Counted from the stretch's first letter, positions 50,601 to 61,172 are shown. The stretch is 64,000 nt of DNA from Hormiphora californensis (GCA_020137815.1 CM035357.1:186001-250000), one strand, 5' to 3'. The notes: generated from the sequence alone by a model not told the origin. Numbers and translations are program-made.

Positions 50601-53600
50601 CATACAGGCATGTATATCGTCCTTGGTATCTTTTGCCGAGGAACACTTGGACGTCTTGAACCTAAGGGGTCTAGAGTTGGTAGATGTCCATGAGTGTCTA
50701 GATCTGGTACTGGAGAGTTCATTCTTTACGTATGATGGGCGCCTCTACAAACAACTCCGGGGGCTATTCATGGGATGTGCCCCTAGTCCCATAGCAGCAG
50801 TGGTGAGAGTTTTCATGTTCGAGAGAGCCACCCTCTACACCGACGTATCGTACTTGCCTATTCTATATGGGCGGTACATTGATGATGCCTGTACCGTATG
50901 TTATACGAGAGAGGAGGCAGTGTGTTTCTTTGATAAGATAGGTGAGCAGGATCCGGACCATCTTATCAAATGGGAGGTTGACTTTCCAGAGGGTGATGAC
51001 TTTGTACCTTTCTTGGGTACTAACATCCGGGTCACCGAATCTGGGGAGGTGCAGACGCGTTTCTACCGCAAGGAGGCTCGCAAGAATATCACACTGCACG
51101 CGAACAGTCACCACCCTATTTCCACTAAAATCCAAACTGTCCGTAATTTCTACGCCACAGCGAGGCTAAGTGCATCAGATTCGGAACAAGAGGAGGCATC
51201 CCTGAGAATAGTGGACAACCTGCTGATTGCTAATGGGTACCAGAACCCTCGTCAGTTCGCACAACAACAGAGCTGTCGTTTGTACCAGGGTCAGAAGCAG
51301 CAGGTGGAGGACTGTGTTATTTTGAAACTGCCTTACATCTCTGAATCATTTTCATTATCGATCCAGAAGTTTATCTCTAGCCGCTCTCTTCCTATCAAAA
51401 CAGTATTTACTCCAGGTACCAAGCTACGTAACATCTTCTGTAGCTCACGGCCCCTTGACAATGGAGCAGCTTACTGTGGGGGGAGATCATGTAAAATATG
51501 TCCACGGCTAGAGGGGGAGAGGAACTGCCAGGTGACTGCTCCAGTATACCGGATTACCTGTAACATCTGTAAAGAGATCTACATCGGGGAAACGGGGAGA
51601 ACAGCTAAAGACCGCTTTGGAGAACATCTCCGGTATGCCACCTCCCCTACGTTGAAATCTTACTCGGAGATGGCACTCGCAGTGCACTATAAACAGTTTC
51701 ATAATAAGACAGTACCTGATTTGATTTTTGAGATTATTACAACAGAGTCACGTATCTTATATAGAAAGATTATAGAAGCATATTATATTAACAGAGAGAA
51801 GCCTACTATTAATTTAAAAGAAGAGTTGACTGATCTATCTAGATTCCTTATTTCTTAATATTATCCGTTTTTAGTATTTTCTAACGGCCATATTGGTCAT
51901 TGAGTATTTTTAGCTAGATATCTTTTTGAGCAGTCGCGTGATTCCTATCTTATTTCACTATCTGATCTTATTTCTTTACTATTTAAACCCCGTTTATTTC
52001 CTAGTCTTTACTTTTTGTTTTATAATTTTTCCAGTCCCGCGTGTAGTTTTTCAACTTTTTACTATTTCACTAAATTAGCTTAGCTTTAGAATTTTCCAGT
52101 AATCTTTATTTTACGATTGGTATGTGTACAGTTTTTCTAACATGTATATTCCGTATATTATAGCCTGAAGATGGTGCTGTGCGCCGAAATTGATAGCGTT
52201 ATTCTACAATAAAATCTACGTCTACTCATTTGTCCAGCCGGAAGGAGAAAACAAAACTTCCTCACTGATATGCGGCTAATAAACAATCAACCGATCCTTA
52301 TTCTCTAGAATAATAGAATACTGCAGGTATATAATGTGGAGAGTTAGACCTCATGAAACTACCTATAAAAACTACCTGGCCTCACGACTCACGTGATGTG
52401 GGTTGCTGTTAATAATCAATAAACCCTTGCTTACGGTTGTCTTGTTCGACCCTCCCTCCCCGCGGAAAATAATAAAAAGGGTTTGAACAAAACAAGCTTA
52501 CGGACTAGAAGGTAATGGATATTTTATGTTTTTACATTTAATTCCCTTGCCAGCGTCTTAAGTCTTTGTGGGCAAATGGTTAAACCCACAGCTCACTCAA
52601 AGTGGACAGTGACCAGTTTTATTGTACCAGCAGCAACAGACTAGCTTTGTCCTTTGAGTCGACACACATAATTGGGGCTTTCACCTGCTTGTTCTATTGT
52701 TATGTGAGACAGGGTCGAACAAAGCAACTATATTTTTGCCTGCCCTGCGGAAGTAAGGTGTTTATTCAGTTTTATTCGTCCATGCTGCCTCCAAGTCGTG
52801 TCTACCAGTAGACTCACCAGTGCTATAGTGTTCTCTAGTCTACTAGTAAACTGCCAAGTGCTATTCTTCTATCAGTCTACAACAGTTAGTTCTTCTGTAT
52901 AATGAAGAAGCTTGTGCCTCCCCTTATATTATGAAGCATGAATATTGAATAGAGCCCTATCAGGTGCCTCTCACAGGCAGGTTGTAGAAAGCCCCCTTTG
53001 TCCATGCCAATAGTAGAGAATAGAGATCCAATAGAGCCTTATTGTCCACAGTGGACAATGTCCACTTGTGGTAGTATAAAACACCCTCCGCCACCCATTC
53101 ATTCCCCACTTCACAACTATCATTATGAAGCTGTTTATCTGTCTCTCTGCGGTGCTCCTAGCCACCACCACCGTCCTTGCTGAGGATGATCTGTGCTGGG
53201 GAGAGATCCAGGAGGGAGCCCAACTAAAATGGCCCATGAAAACCTGCTACACCTCCAGAGACGAGGCAGTAGAGGCTTGTGAAGCCATGGATGGAAAGTG
53301 CAAGGGACTCTACAAGAAGAGTGATGATTGTTTCAAGATTGGAAAGAAACAGGTTGTCAAGGAAACTGATAACACCGAGAGGTACTCCCAGTTCTATGGA
53401 CCCTGCCCAGAGGAGGATTAGAAATCTGAATCTAGTTCTGGTGTCTCATGAGTGCGGAATCTGATTATCTGAATCTTTCCGGTGTCTCAGTTTCTGTTGT
53501 CGGGACTAAAATAGTTTTTAAAGAGTGTGTGGTTTTAAAGATTTTATGTGGAAAATTTTTGTAGACATTAAATGGCAGTTTTAAAAAATGTTTGAAAAAG

Positions 53601-54673
53601 TAAATTACTTCTCGTTTTCTATTCTAACTCCCATTTCGTATCCATCACGAGGATACTCACACAAAACAGTATCACGTTGAGCTCCTACCCTAATAAGTGA
53701 TAAGTAATTATTGTCGGAGATCAAACCTGCAGGTCAATCAACTGCCACACCAACTAACATCTAATCCGAGTCTGTGTTTCGGATTTCGACCCTCCCCTGG
53801 CTCTCTAAAATCATACTACCTCTGTACAATACCTGTGTATAAGTTCCGCCCAGTGCACGTCCCTTGTTGCACCCCGCAATAAACTGGGATGATGTGATGT
53901 GGAGGTCTGAAGTGAAGCTCTCCAGTAACTCCTCTACCAACTGCTTGTAATCGTCATGAAGCACGTGGTACTCCTGGTTATCCTCTGTCCCACTGTCAAA
54001 CACTATTGGGGTGGAGGGTGAGGTGATAATCATAGTGGGGTGGAGGGAGATGGTGATGGGGGGGGGGGAGTGGTGCAGGTCATGTAGCACGTGGTATTCC
54101 TGGTTATCTTCAGTACCACTATCAAACACTAAGGGGGGGGGGGGTGGTAATAATAATATTGGGGGGGGGGGGGTGCACTGTGCAGGTCATGTAGCACGTG
54201 GTATTCCTGGTTATCTTCAGTACCACTGTCAAACACTGGGGAGGGGAGGGGGGGTGGTAATAACACTGGGGAGGGGGTGCAGGTCATGTAGCACGTGGTA
54301 TTCCTGGTTATCTTCAGTCCCACTGTCAAACACTATTGGGGGGGGGGGGGGTGGTAATAACAATATTGGGGTGAGGGGGGTGCAGGTCATGTAGCACGTG
54401 GTATTCCTGGTTATCCTCTGTCCCACTATCAAACACTAGAGGGGGAGGGGGTTTACTAACACTAGTGGGGTGGAGGGTAATGGTAATAACACTGCGTGTC
54501 TGTGTTTCTGTCAATGTCTGTGTGTCTGTCTCTTTTTGTCTTTCACAGTATCACTCTCTCTCACCTAAGCAGTGTTGGTCCACGAAAGACTCAATTGGGA
54601 CCATCCATACAGGAGAATTGAGAAACCCAACAACAGAATCATAGATCCAGGAATCTTCATCGTCCCCAGACAT
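40538..54673 (-). CDS. CFAP36: Cilia- and flagella-associated protein 36 (BART-like domain)
   Basis: Exon 54565-54673 reads MSGDDEDSWIYDSVVGFLNSPVWMVPIESFVDQHCL and exon 53833-54002 reads VFD..YKQLVEELLESF. QALQMIK lies near 43020, further exons lie at 40.9-42.6 kb, and the C-terminus ALAAALRREVINK* ends at 40538, resembling vertebrate LAEKLKEEVINK. Part of the gene is obscured by noisy sequence at 43-45 kb. Confidence 0.85.
45150..45233 (-). pseudogene. 5' part of an inverted paralog of the 53125 secreted-protein gene; remainder unreadable
   Basis: The reverse complement reads ATGAAGCTGTTTATCTGTCTCTCTGCGGTGCT, identical to 53125 onward. The upstream TATAAAA and ATTCCCCACT are also shared. 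Confidence 0.65.
45874..49531 (-). pseudogene. Penelope RT/GIY-YIG ORF of the left arm, split by a transposon just before YIDD
   Basis: ORFs 48185-49573 and 45874-46863 together reproduce the 784-aa plus-strand ORF. Confidence 0.9.
46861..48201. mobile_element. Non-autonomous Chapaev/CMC-like foldback transposon
   Basis: CACGG...CCGTG termini and a 4-bp TSD ACCG (46857-46860, 48202-48205). Two 664-bp inverted arms surround a 13-nt spacer. Confidence 0.8.
49546..51858 (+). CDS. Penelope-like reverse transcriptase plus GIY-YIG endonuclease (5'-truncated at the palindrome centre)
   Basis: Motifs SDKG, KTHK, RPIVS, GDISALYTN, GLFMG..SP, RYIDD, PFLG and VYRITCNICKEIYIGETGR..RFGEH. Confidence 0.95.
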   Translation, partial: VYYTEHPAACTDPVEPSVLMENRTTPILEELSDDEKSLLDLGPNFSLSTRVDEKLHQQVNHEIAATAYRLRWKVATEERPTVCTQIQSWRSEGAPIGKRHLKPPPVSNCQIEDDLRNLQQLATRLLSTCRVPFNLSNQQAAGLRSLRAKKSELHISVSDKGGEFVVTPRDIQHELTKLHLDSSVGVYQLVQPTRNYAGSQVLVAKPTPVTYLTQITNMTQTLQSKCNNLWEQIVIRRKMGKDMILALHTTQSRLPCMYILIKTHKFDASQIVSPDQFLSTCKVRPIVSCIGSPTAKLAWLITSILSPLLDEVSPHLKNIHTHLQWLRDLSPEVLRGKKFCSGDISALYTNLNIQACISSLVSFAEEHLDVLNLRGLELVDVHECLDLVLESSFFTYDGRLYKQLRGLFMGCAPSPIAAVVRVFMFERATLYTDVSYLPILYGRYIDDACTVCYTREEAVCFFDKIGEQDPDHLIKWEVDFPEGDDFVPFLGTNIRVTESGEVQTRFYRKEARKNITLHANSHHPISTKIQTVRNFYATARLSASDSEQEEASLRIVDNLLIANGYQNPRQFAQQQSCRLYQGQKQQVEDCVILKLPYISESFSLSIQKFISSRSLPIKTVFTPGTKLRNIFCSSRPLDNGAAYCGGRSCKICPRLEGERNCQVTAPVYRITCNICKEIYIGETGRTAKDRFGEHLRYATSPTLKSYSEMALAVHYKQFHNKTVPDLIFEIITTESRILYRKIIEAYYINREKPTINLKEELTDLSRFLIS
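52159..52208 (+). ncRNA. Hammerhead-like motif in the Penelope 3' UTR (mirror at ~45525-45572, minus)
   Basis: TAGC-CTGAAGA-T-GGTGC-TGT-GCGCC-GAAAT..ATT-CTA. Stems I and III are weak. Confidence 0.55.
53125..53421 (+). CDS. Small secreted 6-Cys protein (PAN/apple-like spacing), nested antisense in a CFAP36 intron
   Basis: Single-exon 98-aa ORF with signal peptide MKLFICLSAVLLATTTVLA. TATAAAA lies at ~53075 and ATTAAA at ~53567. Confidence 0.8.
   Translation: MKLFICLSAVLLATTTVLAEDDLCWGEIQEGAQLKWPMKTCYTSRDEAVEACEAMDGKCKGLYKKSDDCFKIGKKQVVKETDNTERYSQFYGPCPEED
54003..54440 (-). repeat. Four intronic copies of the CFAP36 exon-2 acceptor plus the first ~50 exon nt
   Basis: AG|TGTTTGAYAGTGGKACWGARGATAACCAGGAATACCACGTGCTACATGAC at ~54078-54130, 54185-54237, 54282-54334 and 54385-54437. 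Confidence 0.95.
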
Positions 54674-54685
54674 GGTGGTCTACAT

Positions 54686-55755
54686 GGTTAATTGATTAGG
54701 TAATTGATTAGTTAATTGATTAGTTAATTAAGTGGTTAGTTAATTGATTAGTGAGTTAATTAAGTGGTTAGGTAATTAATTGATTAGTTAGTTAATTAAG
54801 TGGTTAGTTAATTGATTAGTTAGTTAATTAACCCTTTGAGACCGATAGGGTCACCAGTGACCCCACGCTAATTATGCATCTAGCGTCTGTCCGAACTAAA
54901 TCTAAGAAGTTTAAATGGTTTTCCGGGTTAGAATAGACACTTTTTGGCTGTTTTTGGGGTCATTTTAAGCTTTGAACATCTTAGTTTACTAGAAATGCCA
55001 ACTCTAAGCCATAAAAGTTGAAATTTTGGTGTAAAGTTGGCCATACCTCTAAAACGGTATAAGTAAGCCAATAATGGACCTACAAATCAAAAGAAAACCA
55101 TAGGTTTTACCCCGGTATGAAGTTTCGTGATGATTTGATCAAATTTACATCGCTCAGAGGGCAAATAATGCCGGGGTCACCAGTGACCCTATCGTCCCCT
55201 AACGCTAATATAGAAATTTGGATTTTACGTGCATTTCTAAAGGATTGGCCACCGATAAAGGTCTAAAACGGCATTTTTCAAACGGGTGCTAGCGACTAAC
55301 CGACTCCATCAGTGTTATCTATACATCTTAGAGAGTCGCTGAAAAATTTTTTGAGATTCATGCTCCTTCATAAAAATTTTCATCTCGGCCAATTTGAAAT
55401 TCCAAAATCGGCTACAGATGAGATACAGAGGTCCATAGGGTGTGTAAAATGTGCAGAATGGCCGGGTTTATATAAGTGTTATGAAGAAACATAGGGTCTA
55501 AGATGAGCGGTTTTCGAGTTATGAGGCAAAATAGCTACGAAATCTCAATTGTTTGCATTCCATTTGAGACCGATAGGGTCACTGGTGACCCCACAGAAAC
55601 AAAGTTCGTAGAGACGAGTTTTTTGGTTCTGCTTTCAAGTAGGCTTGTTAGGAGTGTCTCCAGCAATTTTCAGATATTTCTGTCGATGGCGCCACTATCG
55701 GTCCCAAAGGGTTAAGTGGTTAGGTAATTAATTGATTAGTTAACTAATTGATTAA
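54686..55755 (-). repeat. CTAATCAATTAA / CTAACC minisatellite upstream of CFAP36, interrupted by a piggyBac-like MITE
   Basis: TAATTGATTAG units at 54690-54830 and 55716-55755. Confidence 0.8.
54832..55711. mobile_element. piggyBac-like non-autonomous element
   Basis: TTAA TSD (54828-54831, 55712-55715) and TIRs CCCTTTGAGACCGATAG / CTATCGGTCCCAAAGGG. The terminal motif recurs internally at ~55175 and ~55565. Confidence 0.88.
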
Positions 55756-56768
55756 TATGTAAATGAGCAAACATAATAATGACAGAGGGGCTTACGTTGA
55801 ACATAATAAATGTGCGGGAGTTTAGAGAGAAAGAATGAATTTATCATTGCATGACGTAGTATTGGAACATGCAGTTAGTATTAATACATTATCATATTTA
55901 TTATTGAATTCAAGTTCATTCTATTCACTAAAAATCCTTCATCACATTCATTATCAAATGACCTCAACTTATTTTAGCAGATAGCTGCAGCTAGCATATA
56001 ATATTCTAGCTAGTCATGCTGCAGTTATCTGATAAAACTGGGTTTCACACGCTTACCAGATGATAATTGTGTACATGGTATAATGTTCTGGAATGTCTCT
56101 AGCTCCTTTCTGCTCTTTCCCACGATCCGAAATAAGAAAGTGGTAATACTGGCAAAAGAGAAATCACTCTTCGCCCTTCACTCATTACACAAAACAGAAT
56201 CTAACAAAAACTCCCACGGTTAAATCGGTAGATCAGTGATAAGACCGGCTCAACAATTCTCATGGTCATGTTTAGTTAGAGGATAGAGAGGGGCAAGGCA
56301 CAGGTCTAACGCCGCTCAGCTTTTCCCATGCCCCCTCATCCCCTCTCATGTGTTATCGGGTGGTCACGTGATCACTCTAGAGCTCTAGTAGCTTCCTCTG
56401 GCTTTTGGAGGGCGTGGTACGGGATATATATTGATTGGAGCTCTCTACCATGCATTATACAACAAGAACTAGTGTGGGGTTGTGTACTTGAGGATGCTAG
56501 ACGGTGCAGAATCTTATCACATGGTTTGCAATTAATGGAGTTGAAACTTGTCTTTAATAAGCCATGGGAAGTTTAGATTGATTCCAGTTATCAGCAACGA
56601 CAGATGCCGCGACCGGAAAAGGGGGTGATTCCAAAAATTGTTTGGTACGGGTATGTCCCAGGTTTCTTCACGATGAAACAGCTTACCCGCTCCTCTTATA
56701 AAAAGGGGGCGTAGCAAACCACCCAACAACATTCATAATACTCGAACATTGTTAAAACGACCTGCATC

Positions 56769-57262
56769 ATGCTACTTCTAACTACTTGTGTCTTTGTGCT
56801 CCTGATTGCTCGTGCACTGGCTTGTGGCTACCTGATCGATCCCCCTCACACCTGCAGTAATGCCATGGTGGCACTAAAAATCCAACAAATCTCCCAACTC
56901 CGACAGCACACTCTAACTCTCCTCTTGGAAATCATCAAGGACTTTGATCTGGAAACCTTTGCAACTTTTGATATCTCTAAGGGGCTGGTTGATAATCCTA
57001 TGGATCAGGAAAACGCTTTCTTTCTATCACTCGATAGCATCATCAAATACACATGGTAAGTCAACCTGTTAGTTAGTAGTATTGTATTATACAACTGTTG
57101 TTGTTTATATGACCCACTAATTATTAATTAGCTGCTATTTATTAATTACCTCTCAGTTACTAACTACTACTCTCTTGTCTCAGGAAGCTCACCAACACCA
57201 AGTTTGGTAGTCATCCCAGTTGGGGAGAGTTCAAAGCCTACGTCAAAGACCCTGCAGACTAA
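56769..57262 (+). CDS. Small secreted orphan protein (~120 aa, 2 exons)
   Basis: Signal peptide MLLLTTCVFVLLIARALA. Exon 56769-57055 (TG|GTAAG) joins in phase to 57184-57262 (W-KLTNTKFGSHPSWGEFKAYVKDPAD*). TATAAAA lies at ~56697. Confidence 0.7.
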
Positions 57263-59201
57263 GACGAACGTGCTGTGCCAAATGCAGGTGTAAATGTCCC
57301 AGTGCCTCTGTGGATGATTCTAAGCTAGATATTCTCATTCAGAATCTACTGGACTCTTATCTAGATGCGTTCATAGCGAACATTTTCATGTCAATGCACA
57401 TTAACCTATGGATATTTAGATTATATACTTTATTTAGGTGTTTAGAAATATTCAGTTTCCGATTAGTATCTTGAATACTTTATAGGTTCGTTTAGAGAAT
57501 AGATATAATACATCTTCAGATTCGTATCGAGATTTTGACATGTTTGTTATTGTAAGTTTGTTATTGTGTTGAGATTTGTAAATAAATTATTTTTGAAGTT
57601 GCGATATTTTTACGTAACTAAACCAGAAAACAATTGAGATTTGTAAATGTGTTACTACTAGCTAGATGGGGTGGGGACATGTCCTGGAACTGATAAAGAT
57701 AACTTGTCCAATGTCACAATATTCATCCTGATCCTTCAAAAGATCCTTCAAATGATCCTAAATCACATTGTACCATTGTTCTGGATCTCCATGTTTAGTT
57801 GGTCATTTACTTGGTCATTTAGTGTCTCCAAAGAAATCATTAGGTATATCATTTATACCTTTTATGTGCTGTCTGAGTAAATGTAGTTTTTGTGGATGAT
57901 TCCACTTACTACTCATCCCCCTGAATTACAGTGCTGCTTGCAGTGAAAATACTGTAACGCAGAATACAGTAATCTGCGCGGAATTTACGTAACGTGTGAG
58001 TGCTTTTGTCAACAATCTGTTAAAAGTACTTTGTGGTCAGCACGTACTACCGCGCCATTGGACGCGTGCGTCTGTGCTCATGTCATACATTCTCCGTTCC
58101 ATTACAGTATTCCCACTACAAGCGACCGTGTAAGATGCCATGTATTTCACCCCATAATAGCTGTTAAAAAATCTCACCATTACCCGTATGGCAGTTCCAG
58201 ACCATCTCGATTTGGTTCTCAAAACCTACTCTGAGCGCACTGTCGTGCGAGCCATTTGATATGAGCCAATTTCCCCTGGGGAGTCGGTAGAAATACCCAC
58301 ATTAATACTAAACTTATGAATCAGCATAGGGCCTATCTACCGTTTTAGAGATAATTGGCTCCAAAGTAAGCAAAAATATAAATTTCCAACACAGTGTCTC
58401 CTAGTCACAAACAGTCTCCCAGACATGGCTTAGTATTGCAATGTAGACTCTACATATACAATCTAATATAATCTACATCCTTTATCCTGATAGACGCCTA
58501 AAATTAAAATAACACGGCTGAGAATTGAGATTATCGGTAAGCTTCACACTGCACCAATGTCCCGGATTTCAACATGCTAAAACTTGTCATACTGCATGCT
58601 TCGCTCGCTGAGGAGAGTGCAGTCATTTGTGAAACAAGCTAAACCGGGTCTTTTCGCGGATAAAGGACTGAGGACATACTTGGTTTAATATTCCTTGCGC
58701 CTTGGACAAATCTTCCAAGCCGCACACTCCAAAACTTTACAAACTCACCAGTAAAACCTCCCTATTTGGAGAAGCCCATGTATTGAAGAGCGCTACCTTT
58801 TAGTGAACCATAAAAAAAGTTCAACTTTCAAGAGCGCACCAGATCCATCATCCAAGAGTGCACCCCATCCAGAAGATACCACATCCAAGTACAAGATGTG
58901 TTCTCTTCTGGATGGAGTGTGCTCTTGGACGGTCTTGAACTTTATTATGGTTCATTATCCCGCATTGGGGTCTGTAGCAAATGCCAAGCACCGGCGCTGT
59001 GGCCTGTGGGATTTTTAAAAAAAACAAGACGACAAAAAAAATTAAGATTGATAAAAAATTCTTGCGGAATAGACGCGCGGCGTATTTGCGCGCCCTGTAA
59101 CGCCGCGCGCTTCGCGCGTTCGCGTTGTAAATCCAAAAATTTAATTTCCTTTCAAATTTTAAAAGTTCACAACAAAGCGCCAGTTTTTGTTTCGATCACC
59201 G

Positions 59202-60440
59202 ATGGTTAAGTTTCCCTTTCGCCAGGCTCATCCCCTGGTCCGAAAATGGGCGCAGCCGCTCGTTTTTGGCAAAGGGCCCATCACGGAGGCTATTCGTCGA
59301 CAGTCTCCTTTGATCGACCGCCAGATTCGAACGCCCATACCTTGCCTAAACCCCGTGTCTGCGTTCGTCTTCCGAACGAAATATGAGAAGAATCCGGAGC
59401 TACGGCTGGTGAGGCATTTGGTTAAAACGGATGATGGTGGCTGTCTTGGTGTGGATAAAATGGAGCGAGATGGAGTGGAAGGCGATCCAAACAAACCAGT
59501 TGTTGTCGTGTTTCCCGGGGGTAATGAGGTTTCTATTTCCACTAAAATTCAGACACTTTGTGCCAGTTACTTGGACGCATCATATGGTGATGTCTTCATG
59601 TGCAACTACCGAGGAAAGTTCAAGACACCACTTCTCACAGCTCAACTGACCTTCCAAAACGGCCGTTTCAACGACGTGTACCAAGTAGTAAACTACATAG
59701 CTGACTTATATCCAGATCGCAAAATCCTCATTTCCGCGGACTGTTTCGGGGGTTCTTGTGCGCTGGATTACCTCTTGACATCCTCCTATGCACCTGTCAA
59801 TGAGAATGTTATTGGTTGTGTAGCCCACAGTGTTCAAATGAACCTAATTGAAACAAACAAAGGAATCCTAACCGAGCCTGGGTACTCTCTGTTTGTTAAA
59901 AACTACAACAAATACCTGCAGCACGTGCTAACTAACGATCGCTACGGATCTGTCGGTCTGCCTGATATGGTCCGGAAGAAGATGGGTGATAAGCTGTACG
60001 AGACAATGGAGAAGTTGGAATTGGAGACGATTGAAGACCACACCCAACTATACATGGGGTTTAGTGTGTTGCTAGATAACGCTTTTGATAGTGCCGAGGA
60101 CTACATTTACCAGACTAGTCCCCATTGTAAGCTACAGAGGGCATCCCTCACCCGCCCAATGGTAATAATCAACTCGCAGGATGATTTCACTGCGCCTGTC
60201 AGTGAGGAGGATATTGATATCTTTGAGCGGGATCCAAACCTCTGTTTCTGGCTAAATCCTAATGGTGGACATTGCTCCTACGTCCGCACAATGTATCCCA
60301 CGGTCACTAACTACATCGATGAGATGGTCGTTAATTGCTCGGATATTCTGGTGTCACATTCTGAGGCAGAGAAGAAGAGAGAGCATGAGAAGAAGAGAGA
60401 GGATGAGAAAATATGTGAACAGGCCATGGACACTAATTAA
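59202..60440 (+). CDS. Alpha/beta hydrolase, ABHD1/2/3 (YheT)-like, intronless, with Cys at the nucleophile elbow
   Basis: Motifs TDDGGCLGVD, PVVVVFPG, NYRG, ADCFGG, INSQDD and GGHCSY. Confidence 0.8.
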   Translation: MVKFPFRQAHPLVRKWAQPLVFGKGPITEAIRRQSPLIDRQIRTPIPCLNPVSAFVFRTKYEKNPELRLVRHLVKTDDGGCLGVDKMERDGVEGDPNKPVVVVFPGGNEVSISTKIQTLCASYLDASYGDVFMCNYRGKFKTPLLTAQLTFQNGRFNDVYQVVNYIADLYPDRKILISADCFGGSCALDYLLTSSYAPVNENVIGCVAHSVQMNLIETNKGILTEPGYSLFVKNYNKYLQHVLTNDRYGSVGLPDMVRKKMGDKLYETMEKLELETIEDHTQLYMGFSVLLDNAFDSAEDYIYQTSPHCKLQRASLTRPMVIINSQDDFTAPVSEEDIDIFERDPNLCFWLNPNGGHCSYVRTMYPTVTNYIDEMVVNCSDILVSHSEAEKKREHEKKREDEKICEQAMDTN

Positions 60441-60511
60441 CGTGGTTCACATCTGTCAACAGGCCATGGACACTAATTAACGTGGTTCACATCTGTCAAC
60501 AGGCCATGGAC
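60418..60511 (+). repeat. 40-bp tandem duplication spanning the hydrolase stop codon
   Basis: AACAGGCCATGGACACTAATTAACGTGGTTCACATCTGTC, ~2.3 copies. Confidence 0.9.
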
Positions 60512-61044
60512 TAATTCTCTCACTAATTGGTGGTAGGCATTCTTGGCAGCCCACTTTACGTGGCCTTTTAGTGTGTTGTGGGGCATTCTACTTTTTTTAT
60601 ATGCAACCAAAATGTTTCTGATTTTCAATTATCAACCACTTTTTATTCTTGGAAGGGTTGATTTAATTTATTGATTTTTAGCATTTGATACTCTATGATT
60701 TACAGTATGAGTAGTCAGCCTAACCTAATAAGTTTTATATGATTTGTCTCGAGAGCAATTTCTCATACTTTAACAGCACAACTACCCCGTCTAGCCGCCC
60801 TACCTTCATATAATTAGTATGTACCAGAATCATCAGAGTAGGTACCATATCGCACTAGAATCTCTTAATGTTACCATTCTTACCATCTAGTACTGTATCT
60901 ACCACTTAGCCACTTAGTCACCACTTGAATTTGACAATTGGCGAGACTACTTGACACTAAATGTCTCACCAAATCGTTATAATACTACTAGAATACCTAC
61001 TATACTATAATACTACTACAATACATGTTGAGGGGGTGATCCCT

Positions 61045-61172
61045 GTACTACTAGAATACAACTCAGCTAAATAATACTACTAGAATACAACTCAGCTAAA
61101 TAATACTACTAGAATACAACACCGCACAGTCGTTTAACGTCTGCTCTTCACTAGAATACAACTCAGCTAAAA
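61045..61172. repeat. ~29-bp minisatellite CTACTAGAATACAACTCAGCTAAATAATA
   Basis: Three to four partial or complete copies. Confidence 0.8.

Larger units (their letters stand above)
45468..52305. mobile_element. Penelope-like element as a head-to-head inverted dimer with a 12-bp TSD
   Basis: The left arm 45468-49531 (minus the Chapaev-like insert) is the reverse complement of the right arm 49546-52264, with a 14-nt spacer. A 41-nt tail follows the right arm only. TAGAATAATAGA occurs at 45456-45467 and 52306-52317. Confidence 0.92.
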
